Assembly (NCBI GenBank): GCA_017354095.1 | Contig: JAFMRP010000001.1 | Coordinates: 1-29,698, forward strand | Source: Ktedonobacteraceae bacterium | Lineage (GTDB): Bacteria > Chloroflexota > Ktedonobacteria > Ktedonobacterales > Ktedonobacteraceae | Direction: 5' to 3' | Length of the DNA stretch: 29,698 nt | Shown: in pieces, positions 16,162-24,284 of the stretch | Numbering within the stretch: position 1 is the stretch's first letter | Layout of the letters: the number at the start of each line of letters is the position of its first letter | Program-made: the position numbers and the translations under genes | The notes under the pieces: model-generated | The model's input: the letters and a program-made list of their open reading frames with translations, nothing else | Told to the model about the DNA's origin: nothing | Databases searched by the model: none

Positions 16162-17769
16162 CTATCTTATCAGAGCTACAGCCGTTTGCATGATCTGAGT
16201 CAGGCTGGGCAGGAACATATCAATTAACGGTTTCGGGTACATACCTACCAGCACGATCACCACAGAGAGTGCGACCAGCGGGATCATCTCGCGGAACGTC
16301 GCATCTGGCAGTCCTTCCCACTTGCGATTGAACACGCCGAAGAAGACGCGCTTGAGCATCCAGAGCAGGTAACTGGCCGTCAAGATCATCGTAAAGACCG
16401 CGAAAATTGTGGCCACAGTCCAGATGCGGAAGCTGCTGGTGAAGACCATGTATTCAGCCACGAAGCCAGCCAGGCCGGGCAGTCCCAGCGAAGCCAGGCC
16501 CGCGAAGGTGAAGAGCGTAGCCAGCCTCGGCATTTTCTTCGCCACACCACCAAAGACAGCGATTTCGCGCGTATGCGCATGATCATAGATCACACCAACG
16601 CAGAAGAAGAGCAGGCCAGTGATCAGACCATGGCTGATCATCTGTACTGTAGCGCCCATCAGCGCCGCCTCGCGGAAAACCGAATCGGGAGCGCCCGTAT
16701 GGAAGAGCGCATCTCCACCTCCCGCGGCGGCCGCGACCCCCAGCAAAACAATGCCCATATGGCTCACGCTGGAATAAGCGATCAGCTTCTTCATATCCGT
16801 CTGCACGAGACAGATGGCCGCGCCATACAGGATATTGATCACCGCGATCACTGCCAGCCAGCCGGCGAAATCATGCACCCCCTGTGGGAACAGACCGAAG
16901 CAGATACGGATCAGACCATAAGCCCCCATTTTCAGCAGGATCCCGGCCAGGATCACACTGACCTCAGTTGGTGCATCGGTATGGGCATCGGGCAGCCAGG
17001 TATGGAACGGGAACATCGGGATCTTCACCGCGAAAGCGATAAAGATCAGCAGGAAGACCAGCAATGGCAGGCTGACCATAATGCCGCCCAGAGGAATCTG
17101 ACCGTTCAGAAGGTGCGCGGCGAAGTAAGGCATGCTGGCAGTTGGCTGGCCGCCATGGGCAACGTTCTGAAAGTAGGCCACCAGGATACCGGCCAGCATA
17201 AACACACTGCCAAAGAACGTGTAGAGCAGGAACTTCCAGGCAGAGTAGATACGGCCAGGCATACCATGTTTTATTACATCGCTGCCCCACACACCGATGA
17301 GCAGGAACATCGGAGCCAGTTCAACCTCCCAGAAGAGGAAGAAGAACAGCAGGTCCTGTGCCATAAAAACGCCCATCACACCGGCTTCGAGCAGGAGGAG
17401 GAGGGCCAGATAGTCCTTCACACGCGTCTTCTGCCAGCCGCCAATAATGGCCAGCGTGGTCAGGAACGCATTCAAGATGACCAGGGGTGTGCTCAGGCCA
17501 TCTACGCCCAGAAAGTACTGGATATTCAATCGTGTGTTGCCGGCAGGAAAGCCAAGCCAATCATGCTGAATACAGTACGTCAGATTCGCATCGAGCGGAT
17601 CAGCACACTTAGCGGAGCCGAACAGCAGCGAGATCGAAACAATGAGCACAATGGCGGAAAATCCCAAGGCGATCCAGCGCGCAGCCCTCGCCGGAGAGAG
17701 GTAGGCTGCGATGGCACCGATCACCGGCAGCAGGATAATCCAGGTAAGTGGGCTTTGTAATATTTCCAT
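16162..17769 (-). CDS. nuoM: NADH-quinone oxidoreductase subunit M
   Basis: LGVDGLS, FLFWE, FAVKIPMFPFHTWLPDAH..APT..SVILAGILLKMGAYG, KKLIAYSSVSHMG, LPGLAGFVAE. Confidence 0.95.
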   Translation of the reverse strand: MEILQSPLTWIILLPVIGAIAAYLSPARAARWIALGFSAIVLIVSISLLFGSAKCADPLDANLTYCIQHDWLGFPAGNTRLNIQYFLGVDGLSTPLVILNAFLTTLAIIGGWQKTRVKDYLALLLLLEAGVMGVFMAQDLLFFFLFWEVELAPMFLLIGVWGSDVIKHGMPGRIYSAWKFLLYTFFGSVFMLAGILVAYFQNVAHGGQPTASMPYFAAHLLNGQIPLGGIMVSLPLLVFLLIFIAFAVKIPMFPFHTWLPDAHTDAPTEVSVILAGILLKMGAYGLIRICFGLFPQGVHDFAGWLAVIAVINILYGAAICLVQTDMKKLIAYSSVSHMGIVLLGVAAAAGGGDALFHTGAPDSVFREAALMGATVQMISHGLITGLLFFCVGVIYDHAHTREIAVFGGVAKKMPRLATLFTFAGLASLGLPGLAGFVAEYMVFTSSFRIWTVATIFAVFTMILTASYLLWMLKRVFFGVFNRKWEGLPDATFREMIPLVALSVVIVLVGMYPKPLIDMFLPSLTQIMQTAVALIR

Positions 17770-17775
17770 AACCTA

Positions 17776-19935
17776 TTATCCTCTCACGAATGTGACCAGC
17801 ACGAAAACGATCAGCGCCAGAACCGCGATACCGCCAAAGAAACCGATCATATACGACTGTACGCGTCCCGTTTCGACACGGCGCAGGCCACTGCCGAAAC
17901 CAGTGATGGCCTGAGCCACACCGTTGACGATACCATCCACAATGTAGGTGTCGAAAGCCTGTGCGACATGTGAGAGGCCGAGCACAATATAGCGCACAAT
18001 CGCATTGTAGAGCGTATCGACATAGTAACGGTTGTAGAGAATGCGATGCAATGTATTCAGCAGAGCACTGTTCTCGACGCGAGCTTTGAGCCGCGCCGGC
18101 TCATACACGCCATACATCCACCAGGCCAGGCCCAGGCCAGCAAACGAGACGGCCACACCCAGCCAGGTATCAGGAGCTGCGAGCAGGTGTCCAAAGTTCA
18201 GATTCTGGATCTCAGCTTTGCCTGGCTGAATATAGGTGAAAAACGACATCCAGTAACCGGCAACGATTGAGAAGACGGCCAGGATCAGCAGCGGAATCGT
18301 GATGGTCTTGGGGGATTCATGAGGGTCGCCTTCGCCACGATAGGGGCCGCCCCACAGGCCACCAAAGCGGCCACCCTTGCCACCAAAGGCCAGGATGAAA
18401 GCGCGCAACATATAGAAAGCTGTCAAGCCAGCAGTCAACAACGTGATTATGTAGAGAGCATAATTACCTTCTTCGAGAGCCTGTCCAATGATGAACTCTT
18501 TACTGAAGAAACCTGAGAAGAAGGGAAAGCCAGAGATAGCCAACGTGGCAATTAGCCAGGTAATTGCTGTGATAGGCATTTTGGGGCCGAGGCCGCCCAT
18601 CAGGCGCATATCCTGTACTTCTTTATGTGTGGCATGGTGCAGATTATGGATAACACTGCCAGCACCCAGGAAGAGTAGCGCCTTGAAGAAGGCGTGCGTG
18701 AAAAGATGGAACATGCCAGGGCCGGTACCAAATTCGGGAGCGGCCACACCCAGGCCAACAAACATATAGCCCAGCTGGCTAATGGTTGAGAAGGCCAGCA
18801 CACGCTTAAAGTCGCTCTGTACCAGGGCAGTCGTTGCCGCGAAGATGGCCGTAATGCCGCCAACCCAGGCCACAGTTTGCAGGGCAATGGGGCCAGCTGC
18901 TTCAAAAAGCGGGTAGGTGCGCGCAACCATATAGACACCGGCAGCCACCATCGTCGCCGCGTGAATCAGTGCGCTCACAGGCGTTGGACCTTCCATAGCG
19001 GAAGGGAGCCAGGTATGCAGAGGAACCTGCGCCGACTTACCAATCGCGCCACAGAAGATACAGATCATCGCCACAATCAGCAACGTCTGGTCAATCTGAT
19101 GTGCATCAACCGCCTTAAACAGGCCTTCAAACTCAAATGTGCCGGTACTGGCAAAGAGCAGCATAATGCCAATAATGAAACCGACGTCACCGATACGGTT
19201 CATCACAAAGGCCTGCAAGGAGGCGCTGGCGGGTGACGGGCGCTGCTCGTCTGGCTTCTCACGTTTATTGATCCAGAAACCGATCAACAGGTACGAGCTC
19301 AGGCCAACCAGTTCCCACCCGACGAAGATCACCAGAAAGTTCTGGGCAAAGACGATGACCAGCATCGAGAAAGCGAATAGCGAAAGATAAGAGAAAAAGC
19401 GAGCGTAGCCCGCCGAGTTCTCCATATAGCCCTGCGAATAGATCTGCACCAGCAGGGTTACCGTTGTCACAACCACCATCATCGCAATAGCCAGTGTATC
19501 CAGGTGGAAAGCGATGGTATAGTTGAGGGGCTGTGTCAGGGCTTTGCCAGTTAAAAGATCTTTACCAAAGCTCACCCAGTCATAGGCAAGCACCTGAGTG
19601 CTGGCCTTTAGTTGTAGATCGGGGCTGGCGATGGTAGTCAACAGCAGGGTCCAGGAATAGAGACACGCCAAGGCCATCAGGGCAATAGCGACATAGGCAC
19701 TGGCTCTAGCCCAGATCGTCAATTGGGGAACTTTGGGGTCGTCATCAAAATCCTGCTCGTCGTGTTCCCCATGTCCACCATGTCCATCAGCCGCGTGGTG
19801 CTCATCGTGTGTTGCTTGCGCTTCCGTACGTGGACGACTGGTCAGATCCGCCATTCGTGTACCGAAAACAATCACAGCGAAGGCAAGCAGCGGCGCCAAC
19901 AGGATTAGATAGGAATATTGAAACAAGGATTCCAT
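17776..19935 (-). CDS. nuoL: NADH-quinone oxidoreductase subunit L with N-terminal His/acid-rich insertion
   Basis: GWELVGLSSYLLIGFW, GKSAQVPLHTWLP.AMEGPTPVSALIHAATMV, THAFFKALLFL, GFFSKE, C-terminal lateral helix and GRVQSY plus a final TM helix. ATG 19935 preferred over GTG 19947. Confidence 0.95.
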   Translation of the reverse strand: MESLFQYSYLILLAPLLAFAVIVFGTRMADLTSRPRTEAQATHDEHHAADGHGGHGEHDEQDFDDDPKVPQLTIWARASAYVAIALMALACLYSWTLLLTTIASPDLQLKASTQVLAYDWVSFGKDLLTGKALTQPLNYTIAFHLDTLAIAMMVVVTTVTLLVQIYSQGYMENSAGYARFFSYLSLFAFSMLVIVFAQNFLVIFVGWELVGLSSYLLIGFWINKREKPDEQRPSPASASLQAFVMNRIGDVGFIIGIMLLFASTGTFEFEGLFKAVDAHQIDQTLLIVAMICIFCGAIGKSAQVPLHTWLPSAMEGPTPVSALIHAATMVAAGVYMVARTYPLFEAAGPIALQTVAWVGGITAIFAATTALVQSDFKRVLAFSTISQLGYMFVGLGVAAPEFGTGPGMFHLFTHAFFKALLFLGAGSVIHNLHHATHKEVQDMRLMGGLGPKMPITAITWLIATLAISGFPFFSGFFSKEFIIGQALEEGNYALYIITLLTAGLTAFYMLRAFILAFGGKGGRFGGLWGGPYRGEGDPHESPKTITIPLLILAVFSIVAGYWMSFFTYIQPGKAEIQNLNFGHLLAAPDTWLGVAVSFAGLGLAWWMYGVYEPARLKARVENSALLNTLHRILYNRYYVDTLYNAIVRYIVLGLSHVAQAFDTYIVDGIVNGVAQAITGFGSGLRRVETGRVQSYMIGFFGGIAVLALIVFVLVTFVRG

Positions 19936-19940
19936 TATGA

Positions 19941-20288
19941 TCACCACTTCATCATATCTATTTCGCCAACGTCCACTGTGTCGCGTTTACGGTAGATCGC
20001 GATGATCATAGCCAGGGCGACTGCCGCCTCCGCCGCTGCAACAGTGATGATGAAAATAGCGAAAATTTGTCCGGTTAAAAGGCCTCCAAGCGCAGATCCG
20101 GGAAGATTATTGATTGTCTGAGGCAACCGATTAAAAAAGGAGAAGCCAATCATCGTAATATTGACAGCATTGAGCATAATCTCTATGCCCATCAATACAG
20201 CGATAGCATTGCGCTTAGAGATCGCGCCGTACAATCCGATGCAGAAGAGCACCGCACCCAGCACGAGAAAATGATTCAGCGTCAACAT
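19941..20288 (-). CDS. nuoK: NADH-quinone oxidoreductase subunit K
   Basis: LFCIGLYG..KRNAI.VLM.IEIMLNAVN, GQIFAIFIITVAAAEAAVALA. Confidence 0.95.
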   Translation of the reverse strand: MLTLNHFLVLGAVLFCIGLYGAISKRNAIAVLMGIEIMLNAVNITMIGFSFFNRLPQTINNLPGSALGGLLTGQIFAIFIITVAAAEAAVALAMIIAIYRKRDTVDVGEIDMMKW

Positions 20289-20295
20289 TGCTATA

Positions 20296-20820
20296 TTAAT
20301 CCTCCCTCCCGATGACTATCGCACCCACAATCGCCACCAGCAACACAACCGATGCGATTTCGAAAGGTAGCACATAGCTGTATTGATCAGGGCTATACAG
20401 CAGTTCGCCGATGCGCGCGACGTTATTCACACCAGCGGGCAATTGGGAAGAGCCGTTAGAAACATTACTGATCAGATGAGGACTGACCGTCGCGGCATAG
20501 ATAACCGCCGCGCCCAGCAGAGCACAGATGACCAGGGCGATGAACCACAACCTGTTCGTGGGATTTGTATATCGCGCGCCTCTGATACGCGTCAGCATCA
20601 GCGCGAACAGGATCAGGATAGTCACCGCGCCCGCGTACACGAGGATCTGAACCATCGCGATGAACTCGGCATCAAGCAGCAGATAAATACCAGCAGCCAT
20701 CGCAAACAGCACAATCAGTGCTAACGCACTGTGCACGATATTGCGCATCCCGACCACCATTAAAGCTGCTCCTACCAGGATCGCCGCGAATATCCAGAAC
20801 AAGACGCTGGCTAGATCCAT
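20296..20820 (-). CDS. nuoJ: NADH-quinone oxidoreductase subunit J
   Basis: RNIVHSALAL, LLDAEFIA.VQILVYAGAVTILILFALML, PFEIASVVLLVAIVGAI. ATG 20820 with GGAGG RBS. Confidence 0.95.
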   Translation of the reverse strand: MDLASVLFWIFAAILVGAALMVVGMRNIVHSALALIVLFAMAAGIYLLLDAEFIAMVQILVYAGAVTILILFALMLTRIRGARYTNPTNRLWFIALVICALLGAAVIYAATVSPHLISNVSNGSSQLPAGVNNVARIGELLYSPDQYSYVLPFEIASVVLLVAIVGAIVIGRED

Positions 20821-20960
20821 AAAAACATTCCTCCAAATTATGACGGGCCATTCGGCCAGGCGAGCATGCTTTTCTATCCAGATTACCTGACATGCCGTAT
20901 GCATAGTTGCTCCCGGGCAGTCCTAGCGATCTGGATGTACAGAGTCCCCAGCCACTGTAT

Positions 20961-20966
20961 ATTATA
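20961..20966 (-). promoter_or_regulatory. Candidate -10 element for the nuoJ-N transcript
   Basis: Perfect TATAAT about 140 bp upstream of nuoJ. No good -35 at the correct spacing. Confidence 0.35.
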
Positions 20967-21232
20967 GCTCAGTCAGAATGGCAGAACAGGACAAGAGGGA
21001 AAAACGCTTTTGTGTTTCGAACTTGTCTTCGTTTGTATTGTACACCTGCACGACGTTCTATAGAGGGTCGTGCGGGGGCAAAATGTGAGAGCAATCCCTT
21101 TGCGGATTCTAACAAAACTTATGGGAAGTGACAAGAGCTTTCACGAGACAATCTAACCATTCACTCCCGCCCATATCTGCTATTCTGCAGTACCTACCAT
21201 ACACATAACATATCTTCTTTTCATACATGGTA

Positions 21233-21241
21233 TGCTATAAT
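21233..21241 (+). promoter_or_regulatory. Extended -10 promoter for the pseudokinase gene
   Basis: TGCTATAAT (TGnTATAAT) 45 bp upstream of ATG 21286, with AAGGGG RBS between. Confidence 0.6.
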
Positions 21242-21285
21242 TTGTTTCGGAACGATTATTTTTTGCACAAGGGGTTGAGCTTTAC

Positions 21286-24201
21286 ATGAGCGTCACGCAG
21301 CAGACTACCTGGCAGCATCGATCGGACCATCTACGCTGCACCAAATGTGACGCCGTTTTATCCCAGGATGCAACGATTTGTGGCACCTGCGGCGCACATA
21401 TAGAACATATGCAATCATCTTCTTCCCTAAATACGGCTATTGGCAGTCGATATCGTATTACCACCCTACTGCGTAGTCAGCCATATATGCGGCTATTTAT
21501 AGCCAGCGATACGCTGCTACACAGACCCGTAGTGATCCGTGACATCGACGTCACACGATTGGAGGAACGAGCACAAAGAAAGGCTTTCGCAACGGTGCGA
21601 GCGGAACATGATGCCTTGCACACGCTGAGTACGCCCTACTTGATGTCACTTACTGATATTCGATTCTCGCAGGGGCATATCTACTCAATCGCGGAACAGC
21701 CGGCTGATTTTTTCGCGCCACAAGTAGACAGCCATATATTTTATACGCTGGATCACCTTTTACAAAGCGGCATCGGCCTACCAGACGAGCAGATCGTTAT
21801 CGCCTGGATATGTTATCTCTGCCAGGCACTGGACCGCCTGCATGCTCGGCAAATTGTGATCGGCGATATCGATTCTCACACTATTATTATCAATGCCAAC
21901 GATTACGAAGGCCAGCCAGCGCTCTGTGTCGCATGGTTGCCCCAAATGCTGCGCCAGTTGCTGCCATCAACAGAGCGAGCAAGTCACTTCAGTGCGCCAG
22001 AAGTACTACGTGGCGAGAGCAGCCCCGCCTCAGATGTATATAGTCTGGGCGCTCTGCTCTACCTGTTACTAACCGGCAGTACACCTGTAGCATGCTCCAA
22101 GGAGCATTTACTACGTCCACCACATGAACTGGACTCGCATATCTCAACCGGTATCAGTGCCATTGTGATGCGTGCTCTTGCGTGGAAGAGAGAAGAACGC
22201 TATCAGAGCGTGCGTGCGCTAGTTCACGAACTATTGCACTTATCGGAGCAGCGCCCACCAATTGACGAGGCACAATCGGGTGGCAATCATCCGCTCCAGG
22301 CAAGCCTCAATCGTCTGAAGCAGCGGTCCCGTCGCCTAACAGGCAAGCTGATACCCCGTAAAACTGCTTCCACGGTCCAGGAGCAGGCGCCTGAGATAGG
22401 TAGGACATCGCCACAGGCAAATCGCATCTCAGCCCCACACGTTCCAGAAACTGAGTTTCCAAACATCGGCGAAGAGGCATATGATTACTCACTTGCGGAT
22501 CAACCAACTATTCGCCTGCTGAGTATTCTTCCTCCAATACAGGATAAACAAACAATGAAAAAAGCAGATGAAGCCCCAACCACACCCCAGCCTCTAGAAG
22601 ATATAGCGGAAATTACCGCAGCCACTGATAGTGATACGGCTGAAGATGACAACGGGAATGGTCATACCCCTACCATACAACTCACACACAGTATCAAGAA
22701 ACATAGAAAAATGGATGAGAGAAAACCACCCATCGATTCGGAGATCGCAGTCTCTGAGTCTGCGTCTACCGAGCAAGCTATAAGAAGCGAAGACGAAGTT
22801 GAGGAGGCGGAGATCCAGGAAACCAGGGAGGCAACAAGCGAGCAAACCGCAGAAACGCAGGATATCGAAGAGCCGGAGACAACCGAGGAGACAAAAAAAG
22901 AGGATATCACAAAAGAAGAGATTATAGAGGTAAATGATGCTGAAAAGATAGAGGCAGAAGATACTACAGCGACCAATGACGTTGAAGAAGTAGATACGCA
23001 AACCGAGGAAGAAATAGAGGACACTACAACAGCGCAGGATATTGAAGAGATAGAAGCGAAAATTGCTATAGAGGCACAAGATCCTTCAGAAATAGAGGCA
23101 CAAGAATCGGAGGAAGATAAAGATTATTTAGAAGCAGCAGCAGAGGTAGAAAAGAAAACAGCCGCAATTCAAGCTACTGCAGAGACAATAGCAACAGATC
23201 CAACAGAGATAACAGAGGTGGAAAATACTGAAGAGGTGGAAGAAACGGAAATTGGAGAAGAGGAAGAGGTGGAGGAAGCTACAGCGACGCAAGGTGCTAT
23301 AACAGAAGCAGAAGAAGAGGAAACAACTACAATCCAGGCTCCTAAAGAGGTGGAAGAAACGGAGGTCAGAGAAGATGACGAGGAAGACGATACACAGCGT
23401 CTGCGGGTTCTGCCAACTCGCCCAGGGCAGACTCCAGCTGCTACACAGCCAAAAACAGAGGCGAAGGATGATGAAGATCTTTCACTCATAGAAACACAGA
23501 GCCTGCTGCGCACACCTGCGTCAGTGAATACAGAACAAGCCAGGCTTGATCAACAATCAGCCTCGAAAAGTATTTCTTCAAATGAGCCGACCGCAACCGC
23601 GCCAACAAAACACCAGTCAGTCGAGCAAGATACTGATCAGCCCGACGTCATAGAAAATTACCGAGCCAGACTGCTTCACGAACCGCCTGGCATCATCCAG
23701 CCAGCAAAAGTGCAGGATGATGCCAACGAGCAATCATTACTTAAACGCCTGCAACGCTTCTTCCTGGGTGAGCAGCAACACAGCACAACCGCTGCAGCGC
23801 TGATCGAAACGCCCCTGCGCATCCAACCTAATCAGAACTATCTCATCCGCATTCATATTATGGGTCGTAGTAAACGCAGGAGCGAGTGCAGTGGTCTAAG
23901 TGGTATGATTAAGGGCGATAAGATCTACATTGAGGTGCGTTCGGCGCTTCCGCACCGCTACGCCTACATTGTACAGAGAGCCGATGTGCGCTTGCCCGAA
24001 TCAGGCTATGCCGCGGAGGTCACGGTTCCGATGCGTCCTTTGCCTGATGTATTGAATGGCAGGCGTGAGCGGTTATACATTCAATTTATGAATGAGCAGC
24101 GTCAGCCGCTCTACGAGAAACCATTTACTATTGAAATATTCGTTTCACATCTGGTACAGGCTGGTCGTGAGGGACATAACGTTCTGCCCATCCCATTCTA
24201 A
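21286..24201 (+). CDS. Zinc-ribbon + degenerate Ser/Thr kinase-like domain + acidic low-complexity tract + C-terminal beta-rich domain
   Basis: CTKC..CGTC at the N-terminus. Kinase-fold remnants SRYRI..LL, FSAPE, SDVYSLGALLYLLLTG, RAL...ERYQS. Catalytic motifs are altered. Confidence 0.85.
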   Translation: MSVTQQTTWQHRSDHLRCTKCDAVLSQDATICGTCGAHIEHMQSSSSLNTAIGSRYRITTLLRSQPYMRLFIASDTLLHRPVVIRDIDVTRLEERAQRKAFATVRAEHDALHTLSTPYLMSLTDIRFSQGHIYSIAEQPADFFAPQVDSHIFYTLDHLLQSGIGLPDEQIVIAWICYLCQALDRLHARQIVIGDIDSHTIIINANDYEGQPALCVAWLPQMLRQLLPSTERASHFSAPEVLRGESSPASDVYSLGALLYLLLTGSTPVACSKEHLLRPPHELDSHISTGISAIVMRALAWKREERYQSVRALVHELLHLSEQRPPIDEAQSGGNHPLQASLNRLKQRSRRLTGKLIPRKTASTVQEQAPEIGRTSPQANRISAPHVPETEFPNIGEEAYDYSLADQPTIRLLSILPPIQDKQTMKKADEAPTTPQPLEDIAEITAATDSDTAEDDNGNGHTPTIQLTHSIKKHRKMDERKPPIDSEIAVSESASTEQAIRSEDEVEEAEIQETREATSEQTAETQDIEEPETTEETKKEDITKEEIIEVNDAEKIEAEDTTATNDVEEVDTQTEEEIEDTTTAQDIEEIEAKIAIEAQDPSEIEAQESEEDKDYLEAAAEVEKKTAAIQATAETIATDPTEITEVENTEEVEETEIGEEEEVEEATATQGAITEAEEEETTTIQAPKEVEETEVREDDEEDDTQRLRVLPTRPGQTPAATQPKTEAKDDEDLSLIETQSLLRTPASVNTEQARLDQQSASKSISSNEPTATAPTKHQSVEQDTDQPDVIENYRARLLHEPPGIIQPAKVQDDANEQSLLKRLQRFFLGEQQHSTTAAALIETPLRIQPNQNYLIRIHIMGRSKRRSECSGLSGMIKGDKIYIEVRSALPHRYAYIVQRADVRLPESGYAAEVTVPMRPLPDVLNGRRERLYIQFMNEQRQPLYEKPFTIEIFVSHLVQAGREGHNVLPIPF
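22620..23480 (+). repeat. Purine-rich low-complexity coding tract (Glu/Thr/Asp-rich) with imperfect repeats
   Basis: EDTTATNDVEEV / EDTTTAQDIEEI and EEVEETEIGEE / KEVEETEVRED. The nucleotide unit AGAGGTGGAAGAAACGGA occurs near 23230 and again near 23345. Confidence 0.7.
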
Positions 24202-24228
24202 GCCTAAGAGAAAGAGGACTAAAAACCA

Positions 24229-24264
24229 AAGGAAAAGGGCGCCGCTCGTGGCGCTCCTTTCCTT
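24229..24264. terminator. Probable bidirectional terminator between convergent genes
   Basis: AAGGAAAAGGGCGCC-GCTCGT-GGCGCTCCTTTCCTT: 15-bp arms with two deviations. Confidence 0.7.
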
Positions 24265-24284
24265 AATCAGGTAGGTAGGGCCAC

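Noticed and set aside
16573-17760. 395-aa plus-strand ORF
   Set aside because: Entirely antisense to well-conserved nuoM, with no recognisable motifs; a shadow of codon bias in GC-rich coding DNA.
14667-20820. Mrp/Mnh antiporter, or a double-NuoM complex I variant
   Set aside because: Order and motifs are nuoJ-K-L-M-N, with a single M and a normal NuoL C-terminal arm; no MrpE/F/G-like genes are present.
20821-20904. Upstream extension of nuoJ, or a nuoI remnant
   Set aside because: No ferredoxin Cys motifs or NuoI similarity, and the GGAGG RBS marks ATG 20820.
21120-21150. Rex- or CRP-like site upstream of nuoJ (GTGA...TCAC)
   Set aside because: The half-sites are 9 nt apart rather than the required 6, and the flanks do not match.
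22900-23400. CRISPR-like or tandem DNA repeat array
   Set aside because: The repeats are short, degenerate, irregularly spaced and in frame within a CDS; no cas genes are nearby.
22594-23513. Minus-strand Ser-rich and Phe/Leu-rich ORFs
   Set aside because: Reverse complement of the purine-rich acidic tract, which is naturally poor in stop codons.
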